Below, piece by piece: positions 63,385-64,000 of a DNA stretch of 64,000 bases; position 1 is the stretch's first letter; each line of letters starts with the position of its first letter. This DNA is from Mobula birostris (Eukaryota), in the NCBI RefSeq assembly GCF_030028105.1, contig NC_092394.1, positions 22,359,939-22,423,938 of the forward strand, written 5' to 3'. The notes under the pieces are model-generated. The model was not told the DNA's origin and ran no database searches. It was given only the letters and a program-made list of their open reading frames with translations. Both the position numbers and the translations under genes were made by a program.

Positions 63385-64000
63385 TATCTTTTTCATTGCA
63401 ACATTGCACATTACCTCCTTCTGGCTGGACTGGAATTGGTCTCATGGAAACTCTTCAACTTGTATCACACTACTCCAGAACCAATGCTGCCCCAATTTCA
63501 ATGCCATATGATGTTTACTCAAGCATGCATTCTGTGGTCAAACTCCAATTCAACATTCACTGCCAGGTGAAAGTCTTACATTCTGTATGTGCAAAGCAAG
63601 TGTTGTTTATAAACCTGGGACCCTTATACAATACTATCATCCAAAATTCCATGCCCAGTGCAAGAATATGGGAGACATGGATCACTTAGGAGCTACCTTC
63701 CAGCACAACTAAACATTAAAGATGAAATTCCCCACTACCTCCAGTTCCCCTGCACAACCTTTGGCTATCTGAGCTGAAGGGTATATGAATGTCAAGACCT
63801 CAAACCCTATGCTAAGCTCAGTGTCAATTGGGCAGCAGCATCATTGCTTTCCTATGTGCTTCCATGACTTTTGGACTACTTAGGGCTGGCATCTCAAAGC
63901 ATTCGACAGATATTACCAATGCTGCTTCTGCAAAATCCTCCAAATTCACTCTCAGGATAAGGAAACTAATATCAACATCCACTCCCAGGCTAACATTCTC
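63385..64000 (+). mobile_element. Degenerate RTE-clade LINE RT/thumb fragment (runs off the window)
   Basis: Translated remnants LGSYL...DEIPHYLQ...FGYL...DLKP and AFDRYYQCCFCKILQIHSQDKETNINI resemble RTE/BovB-type ORF ends. Confidence 0.55.

Noticed and set aside
35793-64000. TIAF1-like ORF in the 3' UTR or PIPOX exons downstream, expected from human synteny
   Set aside because: I recognised no such peptides in the ORF track or by eye. Short exons could have been missed; tblastn would settle it.
1-64000. CRISPR arrays, operons or other prokaryotic systems
   Set aside because: The window is a spliced vertebrate locus. The repeated sequences are dispersed TE ends, not regularly spaced repeat-spacer arrays.

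Overview
This is vertebrate genomic DNA, not prokaryotic. The repeat families (CR1 LINEs, V-domain/HE1-like SINEs, Penelope terminal repeats, Rex1) suggest a cartilaginous fish such as a ray or shark (inference). The only host gene I can support is the 3' part of MYO18A (unconventional myosin-XVIIIa) on the + strand. Seven coding exons have GT-AG boundaries and consistent phases: 1355-1492, 9189-9374, 12210-12349, a 45-nt cassette exon at 14544-14588, 28005-28112, a 1.4-kb Ser/Lys-rich alternative C-terminal exon at 28483-29866 (Myo18A-gamma-like) and the canonical last exon at 35645-35792. A ~1.7-kb 3' UTR follows. Introns and the downstream ~26 kb are dominated by transposable elements. These include a degenerate 6.4-kb Gypsy element (PNMA-like gag, exact tRNA-Pro PBS), a twin-primed L1-clade insertion, three hAT elements with TSDs, many nested CR1s, Rex1, RTE and SINEs. 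There is also a family of Penelope-like insertions whose terminal repeats carry minimal hammerhead ribozyme motifs. The most interesting observations are: (i) TSD-flanked ~115-190 bp Penelope-derived mini-elements carrying hammerhead cores or long fold-back hairpins; (ii) a splice donor 4 nt after the gamma-exon stop codon, with RBFOX/QKI motifs just downstream; (iii) a candidate 9/12-nt GC-AG microexon; and (iv) a homeodomain/SOX/FOX motif cluster downstream of the gene. TE boundaries without TSDs are approximate, and family names come from motif recognition, not database searches.
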